From an uncultured Bacteroidales bacterium (GTDB taxonomy: Bacteria > Bacteroidota > Bacteroidia > Bacteroidales > JAKIYJ01): a stretch of 63,737 nucleotides of DNA. The notes under the pieces are model-generated. The model did no database searches, had not been told where the DNA came from, and saw only the letters and a list, made by a program, of their open reading frames with translations. Location: assembly GCA_964504265.1 (NCBI GenBank), contig CAZDEU010000004.1, positions 1-63,737 on the forward strand, written 5' to 3'. The stretch's first letter is position 1. Every line of letters starts with the position of its first letter. The position numbers and the translations under genes were made by a program. This document shows positions 27,844 through 36,907 of the stretch, piece after piece.

Positions 27844-29748
27844 TTAATTTTTTATTAGCTTAAATTGTTGTAAAGAATTACCAATCATTACATTAATTAA
27901 ATATACCCCTGATAACAAATTTGAAATATCAATTTTAATATTTTCATTTCCACTTTGTAAAATATCTAAAACTTTATTGCCAGCCATATCGTTTATCTGA
28001 ACCTTAACAGAGCCATTAAATCCCTGAGCATTTACAAATATATGGTTTTGAGCAGGGTTAGGGAATATTTTAACTTCAAAATTTTCCGAAAAAATATAAT
28101 TTACAGCTATTATATTAAAATATTCAAAATTTCCATCGTAATCTGTTTGTTTAATTCTGTAATATTGAATTCCATCAGCGGGTTTATCATCAATATAATT
28201 ATATTGAATAACTTTATTACTATTACCATTTCCGTTAATTTTAGCTATTGTTTCCCAATTATTAAGATTATCAGTTGATTTTTCTAAAGCAAAATAATCG
28301 TTGTTTGTTTCGGAAGCTGTAATCCATTCAATAAAAATTGTTTTTTCTTGTTGGTGTCCGTTGAATGATAATAGTGTAATAGGTAAGGGGGATGGTTCGT
28401 TTATGCCATCTTGTAGTAATTTAATATGATTTGAGCTTATATTACTATTTGTTGAGCTATAAATATTATTTGCAACTAAAAAATAAGTTTTTTCTGGTTC
28501 AAAAATATTTTTTGCTAAAGAAGAATTATTTTTAGAAAATTTTTCAAAATGCAAAATAACTATGTTATCGTTAGGTGCAGCCTTTAAAACAGCAGATTCA
28601 AAATATGCAACTATTGCACCATCACTATCTTCAAGATGGTAATTAGAGGCTTTTTGAGCAGAATCAGGATTTAGTGCTAAATTAAAAACCAGAATAATAT
28701 TATTATTATTAATATCATAAGATATTGAAATAATATAAGGGTGATTAGTATTAACAAGATTTTCACCTGACACATCTCCAATAACGTTTATAGTGTTTCC
28801 ATCTTCAAATGTTAAATTTGCATTATCGTCAACATTTAAATCATTATAGATAATTATATTTGCTTCAGAAGTTACTGTGGAATTACTATCAATTATTAAA
28901 TTATAAAATTCCAAAACATTAACACCACCTCCGGCAACAAGAGTAATATTAGAATTAGTAAAAATAATTGTACTTTGATCAAAATCAAATGTTGCATCAT
29001 TATCAATTTGCCAAAATTCACCTGCAATAACAAATTCGCTATTACCAGCTTTAACAGAACCGCTTCCTGTTGCTATAAAATTGCCTTTAACATAAAAGTT
29101 AGCTGAATCTAATTGCAAATCGGCCGAGCCAGTAATCTCAACATCTCCAAAAACATTAATACTCGAATTACTTACATCTAATTTACCACTTCCAAAAAAT
29201 AAAACATTTCCATAAATGTTAATTTCACCATTATTTGATGTAATTGTGTTATTGCCGGCAAGTTTGAAAGTGGACGTTGAATTGCCAATATTTATTGTAC
29301 CATTATCATTGATAATAGTTCCTCCACCTGTAAAATTAAAATCACTAATAAAATTTAAGGCGCCATTTGAAATTAAAATATTACCACCTGAATTAACACT
29401 GCAATAAACATTTAATCTTCCGTTGCCAATATCCAAAACAGCATCATTACCTATCTTAATATTATCTAGAACATTGACAATAATGCTATCATTTATTTTA
29501 AGTTTGTTAGGATTAGGGTTCATCTGTAATTTAGCAAAAGTTGTATTAATATCAATTACAGGCTGATGTACTTCTGAAGACAGCCATGGAATTACAACAT
29601 CTTTAGTAGAATCAGGCACGCCATTGCTCCAGTTATTAGGGTTAGACCATAATTCATTGGAAATTCCCGTCCATGTGGTTGATTGTGAATTTAGTGATAC
29701 AGGAATAATGAAAAGAAAAAAAATAAGTGTTTTATTTAAAAGGTTCAT
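27844..29748 (-). CDS. T9SS type A cargo protein (beta-helix-like repeats, Ig-like domain)
   Basis: Signal peptide; WTG....W..P.NW..GVP N-terminus; G/N/I-rich repeats; PLPITLLSF; CTD KIFPNPA...SGVYLI...FKLIKN. Confidence 0.85.
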   Translation of the reverse strand: MNLLNKTLIFFLFIIPVSLNSQSTTWTGISNELWSNPNNWSNGVPDSTKDVVIPWLSSEVHQPVIDINTTFAKLQMNPNPNKLKINDSIIVNVLDNIKIGNDAVLDIGNGRLNVYCSVNSGGNILISNGALNFISDFNFTGGGTIINDNGTINIGNSTSTFKLAGNNTITSNNGEINIYGNVLFFGSGKLDVSNSSINVFGDVEITGSADLQLDSANFYVKGNFIATGSGSVKAGNSEFVIAGEFWQIDNDATFDFDQSTIIFTNSNITLVAGGGVNVLEFYNLIIDSNSTVTSEANIIIYNDLNVDDNANLTFEDGNTINVIGDVSGENLVNTNHPYIISISYDINNNNIILVFNLALNPDSAQKASNYHLEDSDGAIVAYFESAVLKAAPNDNIVILHFEKFSKNNSSLAKNIFEPEKTYFLVANNIYSSTNSNISSNHIKLLQDGINEPSPLPITLLSFNGHQQEKTIFIEWITASETNNDYFALEKSTDNLNNWETIAKINGNGNSNKVIQYNYIDDKPADGIQYYRIKQTDYDGNFEYFNIIAVNYIFSENFEVKIFPNPAQNHIFVNAQGFNGSVKVQINDMAGNKVLDILQSGNENIKIDISNLLSGVYLINVMIGNSLQQFKLIKN

Positions 29749-29888
29749 AATCTATTTATTACATTCGTGGTTTTACATACAAACATATATATTATTAAAT
29801 ATATTGTATTAAAAAATAAAAAAAAATCATTTTTAAAACAATGAATCTCAATAATATATAAAATTTTAAGAGGGGAATCAAAACTTAT

Positions 29889-29897
29889 GCAAAGATA
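29889..29897 (-). promoter_or_regulatory. Candidate -7 promoter element (TATCTTTGC) upstream of the T9SS cargo gene
   Basis: Exact TAnnTTTG(C) match in the 615-bp intergenic region. Confidence 0.5.
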
Positions 29898-30082
29898 AAA
29901 AGAAAATTTAAATTAACAATGTAACCTAAGTATAATATTTATTTTTATTCCAAATGCCAAATTAATATAAAATATTATATATATTTGATATTTAATTTGT
30001 TAACCTAATTTTTGCCATAATTTAACAAATAATATTATTTTTAAAAAATTAAGTATTTCCCCTTATGATACCTTTAAAATTT

Positions 30083-30099
30083 TGTCCCAATAATGGACA
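30083..30099. promoter_or_regulatory. Palindrome TGTCC-N7-GGACA, candidate activator-binding site
   Basis: Perfect 5-bp arms; 12/17 identical to the site at 34224-34240. Confidence 0.45.
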
Positions 30100-30363
30100 C
30101 TAAATTTTTATTATTTGCATATCAATATTTTACATTAGTAAAAAAATATACTATTTTAAAAAAATTTTGTATATAATCCAAATTAGATAAAAATTGGATG
30201 TAATAATATATGGTTTATTAATAAAATGAATGATTTATGTAACAAATATATAAATTATTAAATCAGAATGCCATTTTAGCTATATATAACATAAAATTAC
30301 CTAATAATTTTCAAGAAAAATAAACAAATAAAAAGGAATAAAGCTGCGTTAAAAATAAAAATA

Positions 30364-30915
30364 CTAGTTATAAGCTACTATAACATCAAAAGTTCCTGTA
30401 TAAAGCCCGTAAGGTTGATTGACATCAACAGAAAGAGTAGCACCTACATCAATACTAGATTGACCTAATGAGTTAAGTACGGTACTGCTACCAACATTAG
30501 AAATAAAATTATCAATTAACATTGAATTACTGCCAGAATTGATAATTGCAGATGCAGGAAGAATAATACTGATTGAAGCGTTAGGGTGTCCTGTAATTGA
30601 AAAGTTAGCTGCAGTATGAGTACCGCTGTTTATAAGTGAAACGCCACCTGTACTAGTACGGTTACCATTAGCTGCAACTACAACAGTACCTGTAGAAGAT
30701 GTACCTGCTGCAATATCACCAAAATCTAAATCAGCAATTTTATTTATTTGTATTGGTTGGACAATATTAGCAGTAACGTAAGGAACAGCAACTTGCTGAA
30801 TACCTGGGCTAGGACTTGGTGCGCCACCAGGGCCGCTAGGTCCTTGAGACATGCTTATTTTGGGCAATGCCCAAATAAACAAACCAATTAATATATAAAT
30901 TATATTCCTAAGCAT
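30364..30915 (-). CDS. DUF4402-type pilin-like protein with Pro/Gly-rich N-terminus
   Basis: Signal peptide; TANIVQPIQINKIADLDFGDIAAGT; C-terminal GLYTGTFDVIVAYN. Confidence 0.8.
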   Translation of the reverse strand: MLRNIIYILIGLFIWALPKISMSQGPSGPGGAPSPSPGIQQVAVPYVTANIVQPIQINKIADLDFGDIAAGTSSTGTVVVAANGNRTSTGGVSLINSGTHTAANFSITGHPNASISIILPASAIINSGSNSMLIDNFISNVGSSTVLNSLGQSSIDVGATLSVDVNQPYGLYTGTFDVIVAYN

Positions 30916-30919
30916 TTTT

Positions 30920-33451
30920 CTAATCTGATACTACAAATTTAATAAATAATTTTTGATTTTCCAAATTTATTTTGGAAAAATATACACCTTTTGATAAAAA
31001 ATTTAAATTATTTTTGGCATCATTGGAGCTAAAGACCATTGCTCCTGAGGTTGAGAAGACATCAACCGAAATTAAATTTTCATCTTTTGGTATATTTACT
31101 GTTAAAACATTATCGTAAAAATAAGCTTTAGCAGATACATTATCTGTATTATCCGCAATATTATTGTTTAATGACATATCAATTATCATAAACCTGTTTG
31201 AAATATCTTCAGGATTTGCATAAAAAGAATATGGCTCATTTTTATTAATAATAATATCTTTTATTTTGTCTACTACAACAATATCCCTTTCCGAAATATT
31301 ATCAGTAAATTCTAAAACGTAATTACCTTCTACGTCAACATCAAAATGAATGAAAAGATTATTAATATTACTTAAATCATTAATACAATGTATAGCAGTT
31401 TCGGTATAATCTTTAATTGAATACAACTGAGGAGCTTCACTTATACCAAATAATTTTGCAGCATCGTAGTTATGATCATAAGTGTTAAGAGCATTTTCAT
31501 TAAACATAACAATATGTTCATCGGAATAATTATTTCCATTTACTGTAAGCTTAATATATTGATTATTATTGTTTTTAAAAGAAATTTGTTCGGCAACCTG
31601 AGCTTGCGAATTTATTTGAATATTAGCTGTTTGTGAAGTTGCTTGTACAAAGAACCCTTGCCCTGACGCAATGTAGCGGCTTCCGCCGTTTGTTCCCATA
31701 CTACCATTCCATGTAGCATATTGAAAACCGTTCCAAACATATATTGTGCTACCAATATTGTTTTTAACCCAGCCTTGCGATAAATTCCAGTCAATAGGAG
31801 CAGGGTATGGGTTGCCAATTAGGTTCCAACCTGTCATTCCTGAAGAAAATCCAGTAAGGGTTAAATTAATAGCAGGTAAAGTACCTGAATTTATAATACC
31901 TTTAAAATTAACTGTGGTATCATAATCAGCCCACACTGCATAGCCTTGTCCTATAGGCATAGGTAATACGCCAATTGTAATATAATTACCAAAATCATTT
32001 ATTGATTCATCATAAGGTTTTAACCATAAACCATAAAAGGTATTTGTAATTGCATTTGAAATAGGAGAAGTAACCAAATGCCAGTTATTTTCAGATAAAT
32101 ATCTTTCAACATTTTCAAAGCCATTGCCTAAGCGATTACCTTTAATAATAAGAGTAGCATCGCCTATATCAGAAGATTTTACAGTAATAATACCTTCATT
32201 ATAAAGGTTATTATTAACAATAAGAGCCATTTCTGGATTTATTGTAATTTTAGCACCTAAACTAAGTGAAATATTTTTACATTCAGCAGGATTTGAAAGT
32301 ATTTCATTTATAATTAATTCATTATTATAATAGTTATAATGGGGAATTATAACGCTATCAGCAGAATTTGGAACTAAGTTGATATCCCAATTAGCTGGTT
32401 CGTTCCATTCGCTGTTAACAGAGCCTGTCCACACGCAAGTTTTTTCGACAGGACCTTGCTGCCATCTTAGAATAGGAAATCCATTGTTGACAAGAGGATC
32501 AATTGTCCAGATATTAGAGAAGTCCCAACCTAAATTAGTAAAAGTAGATTGAGTTTGCATTTGCAGTGTATTGATGCCAATTCCTAAGGGTGATGTACTT
32601 TGCATATCGGTGTTCCAAAAAGTGTTGGCAATAATCCCGACGTGTCCTTGTCCTGCAACACCTCCTTTACCTGAAGATGTACCTTGAAAAATTACAGAAG
32701 CAGTATAACAATTTACTATATCGTTATAAGTAGAATCCCAAGCTGAGCCAACAAAACCACCAGTTCCCCAACCACCTTTTACATTACAAACCGAATAGCA
32801 ATTATCGGTATACGAAAATGCAGTTACATAGCCAATTAGTCCACCAGTGCTTCCTCCCCCATCAACACTTCCAGTAGCGAAGCATTTTGAAACTTTAGAA
32901 ATTTTACCCCATTGACCCAATAAAATTCCAACAAGTGAACCAGTATTGCTAGCACCTCTAATGTCAACATTAGTTAAGCCAAGATTTTTTACAGAACCAC
33001 CGAGTGCAATTCTTCCAAAAAACCCTATATTACTTGTTGAAGTTCTTTTAATGAATAAATTTGAAATTATATGTCCTTGCCCGTCATACGAACCAGTAAA
33101 AGGAGTTGTATTATTACCAATAGGTGACCAACCACTACCATTATCCCATGAGGATGTAGTAGAAGCATCAATATCAGTAGTTTGAATAAAATATTTATCC
33201 CATTGGTTTGGATTTTGGCTTAGCCATTGTAGTTCACTTAGTGAAGAAATTTGATAAGGGTCATTAATAGTACCACTGCCAATAGGAATAGTTTTAATAT
33301 CGTTAAAATCTAAATTTCCAAATATCGCTTCTGTATTAGAAGCGTTATTAGGTTTATAATTTGTATAAAAATTATTATTAGAAGAATGTAAAATTGCAGT
33401 TGATAAATAAATTAAGAGAAATAGAAAAATATGTTTATTAACCGATTTCAT
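30920..33451 (-). CDS. T9SS type A cargo protein with GLUG-motif domain
   Basis: GSGT..DPYQI, W.PIG....FTG.YDG.GH, repeated GGL.G/TGSLVG GLUG units, GWNLIGNPYP domain, CTD-like end (SKGVYF.KI). Confidence 0.82.
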   Translation of the reverse strand: MKSVNKHIFLFLLIYLSTAILHSSNNNFYTNYKPNNASNTEAIFGNLDFNDIKTIPIGSGTINDPYQISSLSELQWLSQNPNQWDKYFIQTTDIDASTTSSWDNGSGWSPIGNNTTPFTGSYDGQGHIISNLFIKRTSTSNIGFFGRIALGGSVKNLGLTNVDIRGASNTGSLVGILLGQWGKISKVSKCFATGSVDGGGSTGGLIGYVTAFSYTDNCYSVCNVKGGWGTGGFVGSAWDSTYNDIVNCYTASVIFQGTSSGKGGVAGQGHVGIIANTFWNTDMQSTSPLGIGINTLQMQTQSTFTNLGWDFSNIWTIDPLVNNGFPILRWQQGPVEKTCVWTGSVNSEWNEPANWDINLVPNSADSVIIPHYNYYNNELIINEILSNPAECKNISLSLGAKITINPEMALIVNNNLYNEGIITVKSSDIGDATLIIKGNRLGNGFENVERYLSENNWHLVTSPISNAITNTFYGLWLKPYDESINDFGNYITIGVLPMPIGQGYAVWADYDTTVNFKGIINSGTLPAINLTLTGFSSGMTGWNLIGNPYPAPIDWNLSQGWVKNNIGSTIYVWNGFQYATWNGSMGTNGGSRYIASGQGFFVQATSQTANIQINSQAQVAEQISFKNNNNQYIKLTVNGNNYSDEHIVMFNENALNTYDHNYDAAKLFGISEAPQLYSIKDYTETAIHCINDLSNINNLFIHFDVDVEGNYVLEFTDNISERDIVVVDKIKDIIINKNEPYSFYANPEDISNRFMIIDMSLNNNIADNTDNVSAKAYFYDNVLTVNIPKDENLISVDVFSTSGAMVFSSNDAKNNLNFLSKGVYFSKINLENQKLFIKFVVSD

Positions 33452-33496
33452 TTTCTTCTTTGAATTTTAATAATTTTTATAATTTTTTTTTGATTA

Positions 33497-33543
33497 ACAA
33501 TAAAGATAGATGCAAAAAGGTAATCAGCATCTATCTTTATTGT
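33497..33543. terminator. 17-bp perfect stem-loop immediately 3' of the putative major pilin gene
   Basis: ACAATAAAGATAGATGC / GCATCTATCTTTATTGT with 13-nt loop; terminator or mRNA-stabilising hairpin. Confidence 0.8.
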
Positions 33544-33554
33544 AAAATTAAATT

Positions 33555-34064
33555 TTAATTATAAGCAACAGTTACATCAAAGGTGCCGATGTATAAACCA
33601 GGTGTTTGGTTAGCATCAACATGTAAGTCTGCACCTACGTTTAAATCAGCTTCACCAAGTGCGTCAAGAGTGCCAGCAGCACCAAGGCTTGATACAAAAT
33701 TATCTACTGTCATGTCATCAGAACCTGATGAAATGATAATAGATGTAGGTAAAGCAATTGAAAAAGTAGCATTGGCATACCCTTGAATTTCAAAGTTTGC
33801 TTCGTTACCATCGTTTGTAGCAATAAGAGTAGCGCCACCAGTGCTAGTACGGTTACCTGTTGTAGCATCAATAGTTACTGTTCCAATTGCAGTTCCAGCA
33901 GCTATATCGCCAAAATCAAGATCAACAATTTTGTTAATCTGTAAAGGTTGTACAATGTTAGCTGTTGCATTTGCTGTTTCAGTTGCAGATGATGTTTGAG
34001 CTTTTAATTGATTTGTAAAAGCAATCATTAATAGTCCAGCAAAAATTAAAATTGTTTTTTTCAT
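33555..34064 (-). CDS. DUF4402-type pilin-like protein (putative major subunit)
   Basis: Signal peptide LKA|Q; alternating N-terminal strand ATETANATANIV; LDFGDI; C-terminal GLYIGTFDVTVAYN; own promoter and 3' hairpin. Confidence 0.82.
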   Translation of the reverse strand: MKKTILIFAGLLMIAFTNQLKAQTSSATETANATANIVQPLQINKIVDLDFGDIAAGTAIGTVTIDATTGNRTSTGGATLIATNDGNEANFEIQGYANATFSIALPTSIIISSGSDDMTVDNFVSSLGAAGTLDALGEADLNVGADLHVDANQTPGLYIGTFDVTVAYN

Positions 34065-34115
34065 GATAAATAAAAGTTTAATTAATAATTATTTTGTTTT
34101 GTTTGAACCGTACTT

Positions 34116-34132
34116 TTCAATACTTATGCCAA
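34116..34132 (-). promoter_or_regulatory. Sigma54 -24/-12 promoter (TTGGCATAAGTATTGAA)
   Basis: TGGCA-N6-TTG spacing as in the RpoN consensus (GA rather than GC at -12), 51 nt before the pilin start. Confidence 0.7.
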
Positions 34133-34158
34133 AAAAAATTAAATATTATTTTTCTGAA

Positions 34159-34171
34159 AATCAATATGTTG
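34159..34171 (+). promoter_or_regulatory. IHF-type binding site (AATCAATATGTTG)
   Basis: Exact match to WATCAANNNNTTR, located between the sigma54 promoter and the candidate UAS. Confidence 0.5.
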
Positions 34172-34213
34172 AAAAAATATATATTTATTATGATTTTCAA
34201 TATTTATTCAAAT

Positions 34214-34240
34214 TGGGAAAAATTGTCCCATTATGAAACA
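34214..34240. promoter_or_regulatory. Candidate upstream activator sequence(s)
   Basis: Overlapping TGGGA-N7-TCCCA (34214-34230) and TGT-N11-ACA (34224-34240), about 80-110 bp upstream of the -24 element. Confidence 0.5.
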
Positions 34241-34250
34241 AGACAAATGC

Positions 34251-36833
34251 TTATTTGTCATTTTTTCTTTTGAAAACAAAATTAATATCGCTAATAAAAT
34301 CTCCTTCGTAAGAATCATTAATATAAATTTCCTGATTTATATTAGATGTATAATAATTCAAATTATTTAACTGCGTAATATCTAACGATATATTATGTTT
34401 GCCTGGCGATAACCCCAAATAATTATAATATCCATTCTTATCTGTTAAACATTTATGTACTAAAACTTCTTTATTATTATAAATATTTACAATAATACGG
34501 GGAGCGGGTTTTTGTTTACCTTTTTCATCTTCAATTATTATTTGCCCCTCAATTTCACCCATTGGTTTAACCGGTACATATATTTTTTTAATCTGATTAG
34601 GTTCAGGATAAACTGCTATAGTTTCGTAATCAAGCATCCACGCAATACTTTTAAATCCTGCATTTTTAACAGAAACAATATATTTTGTATATGGTTCTAA
34701 AGAAACAAACCTGTGAACTGTATCATTATTATACATTACTCTAATACCCTTACTAATGCCAACCGATGCGTCTGCTACTAACTCTTCGTCGGGTTGTCTG
34801 ATACTATCGTGATTAATATCAAGAAATACCATTACATCTATAATACCTTTACCAACATTATAACGGTTAGTAGGGCATACAGGCTGAACTGCATTACTAA
34901 ATATTAAACTTCCCGAAAAAGATTGATTGCTGAACCAATTTTTTTTATTCAGACCGAAACTAAATGAACTTCTTAACGCATTAAGGTCTATATAGGCATT
35001 TGCCATAAACATAGTTGACTTTTCAGGAAAATTATGGTTACACGAAATACTGGCAAAAACATTTTTATTAAATCTTTTTTGTGCTTGTAACCTGATGTTA
35101 GATAATGAAGATTTTTTTAAATCAGCAAACGAATAGGCATAAATACTCCACTGATTAGGCAAAAAAACAGACGCATTTAGTCCCGCTGTAATAACATCAA
35201 CATTTTTGAACGACATTGCCGAAATCATCCCAAGATTAAAACGCCGGTATACCAACGATAGATTAGATTCATAAATATGTATTCCACCTACAATAGTGTT
35301 ATTATATCTATATGTATTTTTAAAATATCCTTTAACTTTTTTAAAAGAAAGAGGAATATTAGTGCTTAGCATAGCTTCACATTTGTTTTTAGTTAAAACA
35401 GCATCCTGCTTATGGTCATATAGCTTATAATCACTTTCGATAGAAAAATTATTTTTCATTCTGTACATTAAAGATGCCTGTTGAAAAGCTTTATCAATAT
35501 AAGAATAACTAAAGATAGTATTATTAAAAGGTATAACCGAAGCCCTTACAAAAGGTAAATATCTGCTATACTTATTGCGTTCGAAGGTTTCGTAGCCTGC
35601 ACTAATAGTAGCTCTTCTGTTTATTCCATACGAAAAAATTCCATGTGCAAATCTATAAGCAAGGCTATCAAATGTAAAACCTGAGTATATCTGATATTCT
35701 AGTTTGTTTTTAGGAACAAAAATAAAAGGTATATTAATAACATATTCTTCAATTTTTTCTTCGCCCCAGGGCCCATAGTGTTTAAGAATAATAGTTGAAT
35801 TACCATAAACAAGCGGAATTTCAAATTTATATTGTCCGTTAACATCGGCAGTAGTAAAATCTAACAAAACATTATTAACATAAAGCTCAATTTCCCAGCC
35901 TGGCTTGGATTCCTTTTGCAGAACAAAAGTCCCATACGATTTTCTGAACGTAGTAGGAGTATTCGATAGTTTGGCACCCAACAAGCTAGTCGTAACCTGC
36001 GAAAGAAGAGGAATATTGATAACACCAATATCAACCTGACGCAAATATTTTCTATCATTATCTACAAAATACCAGTTAGCAGCTTGATTATACATTTGAA
36101 TATTTTCAGAATTATCTAATTTGGTTTTTATATTTAGTTCGCCTCCTAATAGCTCTGAGCCTAAATTAGTTTTCATAGAATAAGACGGCATACTTTCTTC
36201 AATTTGTTTCATACTTAAATTCCAATCAACTACAGCACCGCTTAATATTTTATGTTTTCTGTAGAACACAGTATCAACAGGCATATCACCAGTTAAAGAC
36301 ATTAAATTTTCACGAATTTTCTCAATTCTTAATAATTTTACTACAGGTAATTCTACGTCAGAGTGTAAAAATACAGTTAAAGAACGAAAATCAAATTTCA
36401 TTTTAAAACCGAACAAATATTCATAAATAAGAATAGGCATAAACAAATCGTTATATGTTTTAATGTACTGTTTGTTAGTTGCCTGATACATTTTATCTCT
36501 GAAAACAAACTTTTTAGTTATAGTATTAATTTTATAAAAATTTTGTTCGTTGCCAATATATCCCCATACAGAGTCAATTTCCATTGAATGGGCAACAAAT
36601 ATTTTTAACAGGTTAAACATGCCAATAACAGGCATATATACCTGATTATCATAATATATTGCATCAATATTAAAATAACCTAAATTTTCGACCGAAAGCT
36701 TTACATAAAACTCGTCATAATAATCTTCATTATTTTCAAAATATACATTGTTTTGTGCTTTAGAGTTAAATATGCCAATAAAAGAAACTACAGAAAAAAC
36801 TATAAAATAAATACAAATTTTTGCTTCTTTCAT
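34251..36833 (-). CDS. Usher-like outer-membrane protein with C-terminal SdrD-B/carboxypeptidase-regulatory-like domains
   Basis: Signal peptide SKA|Q; 860 aa; beta-strand-rich; plug-like segment ELYVNNVLL...G.YKFEIPL.YG...I.LK.YGPWGE; VFLDIN.D..RQPDE; TD.NGYY...L.PG. Confidence 0.68.
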   Translation of the reverse strand: MKEAKICIYFIVFSVVSFIGIFNSKAQNNVYFENNEDYYDEFYVKLSVENLGYFNIDAIYYDNQVYMPVIGMFNLLKIFVAHSMEIDSVWGYIGNEQNFYKINTITKKFVFRDKMYQATNKQYIKTYNDLFMPILIYEYLFGFKMKFDFRSLTVFLHSDVELPVVKLLRIEKIRENLMSLTGDMPVDTVFYRKHKILSGAVVDWNLSMKQIEESMPSYSMKTNLGSELLGGELNIKTKLDNSENIQMYNQAANWYFVDNDRKYLRQVDIGVINIPLLSQVTTSLLGAKLSNTPTTFRKSYGTFVLQKESKPGWEIELYVNNVLLDFTTADVNGQYKFEIPLVYGNSTIILKHYGPWGEEKIEEYVINIPFIFVPKNKLEYQIYSGFTFDSLAYRFAHGIFSYGINRRATISAGYETFERNKYSRYLPFVRASVIPFNNTIFSYSYIDKAFQQASLMYRMKNNFSIESDYKLYDHKQDAVLTKNKCEAMLSTNIPLSFKKVKGYFKNTYRYNNTIVGGIHIYESNLSLVYRRFNLGMISAMSFKNVDVITAGLNASVFLPNQWSIYAYSFADLKKSSLSNIRLQAQKRFNKNVFASISCNHNFPEKSTMFMANAYIDLNALRSSFSFGLNKKNWFSNQSFSGSLIFSNAVQPVCPTNRYNVGKGIIDVMVFLDINHDSIRQPDEELVADASVGISKGIRVMYNNDTVHRFVSLEPYTKYIVSVKNAGFKSIAWMLDYETIAVYPEPNQIKKIYVPVKPMGEIEGQIIIEDEKGKQKPAPRIIVNIYNNKEVLVHKCLTDKNGYYNYLGLSPGKHNISLDITQLNNLNYYTSNINQEIYINDSYEGDFISDINFVFKRKNDK

Positions 36834-36907
36834 CAGAAATAATTTTTTTATAATTACACCTTATTATATAGCACAATAAAAATTTGTATTAATAATAAAC
36901 AACATAT

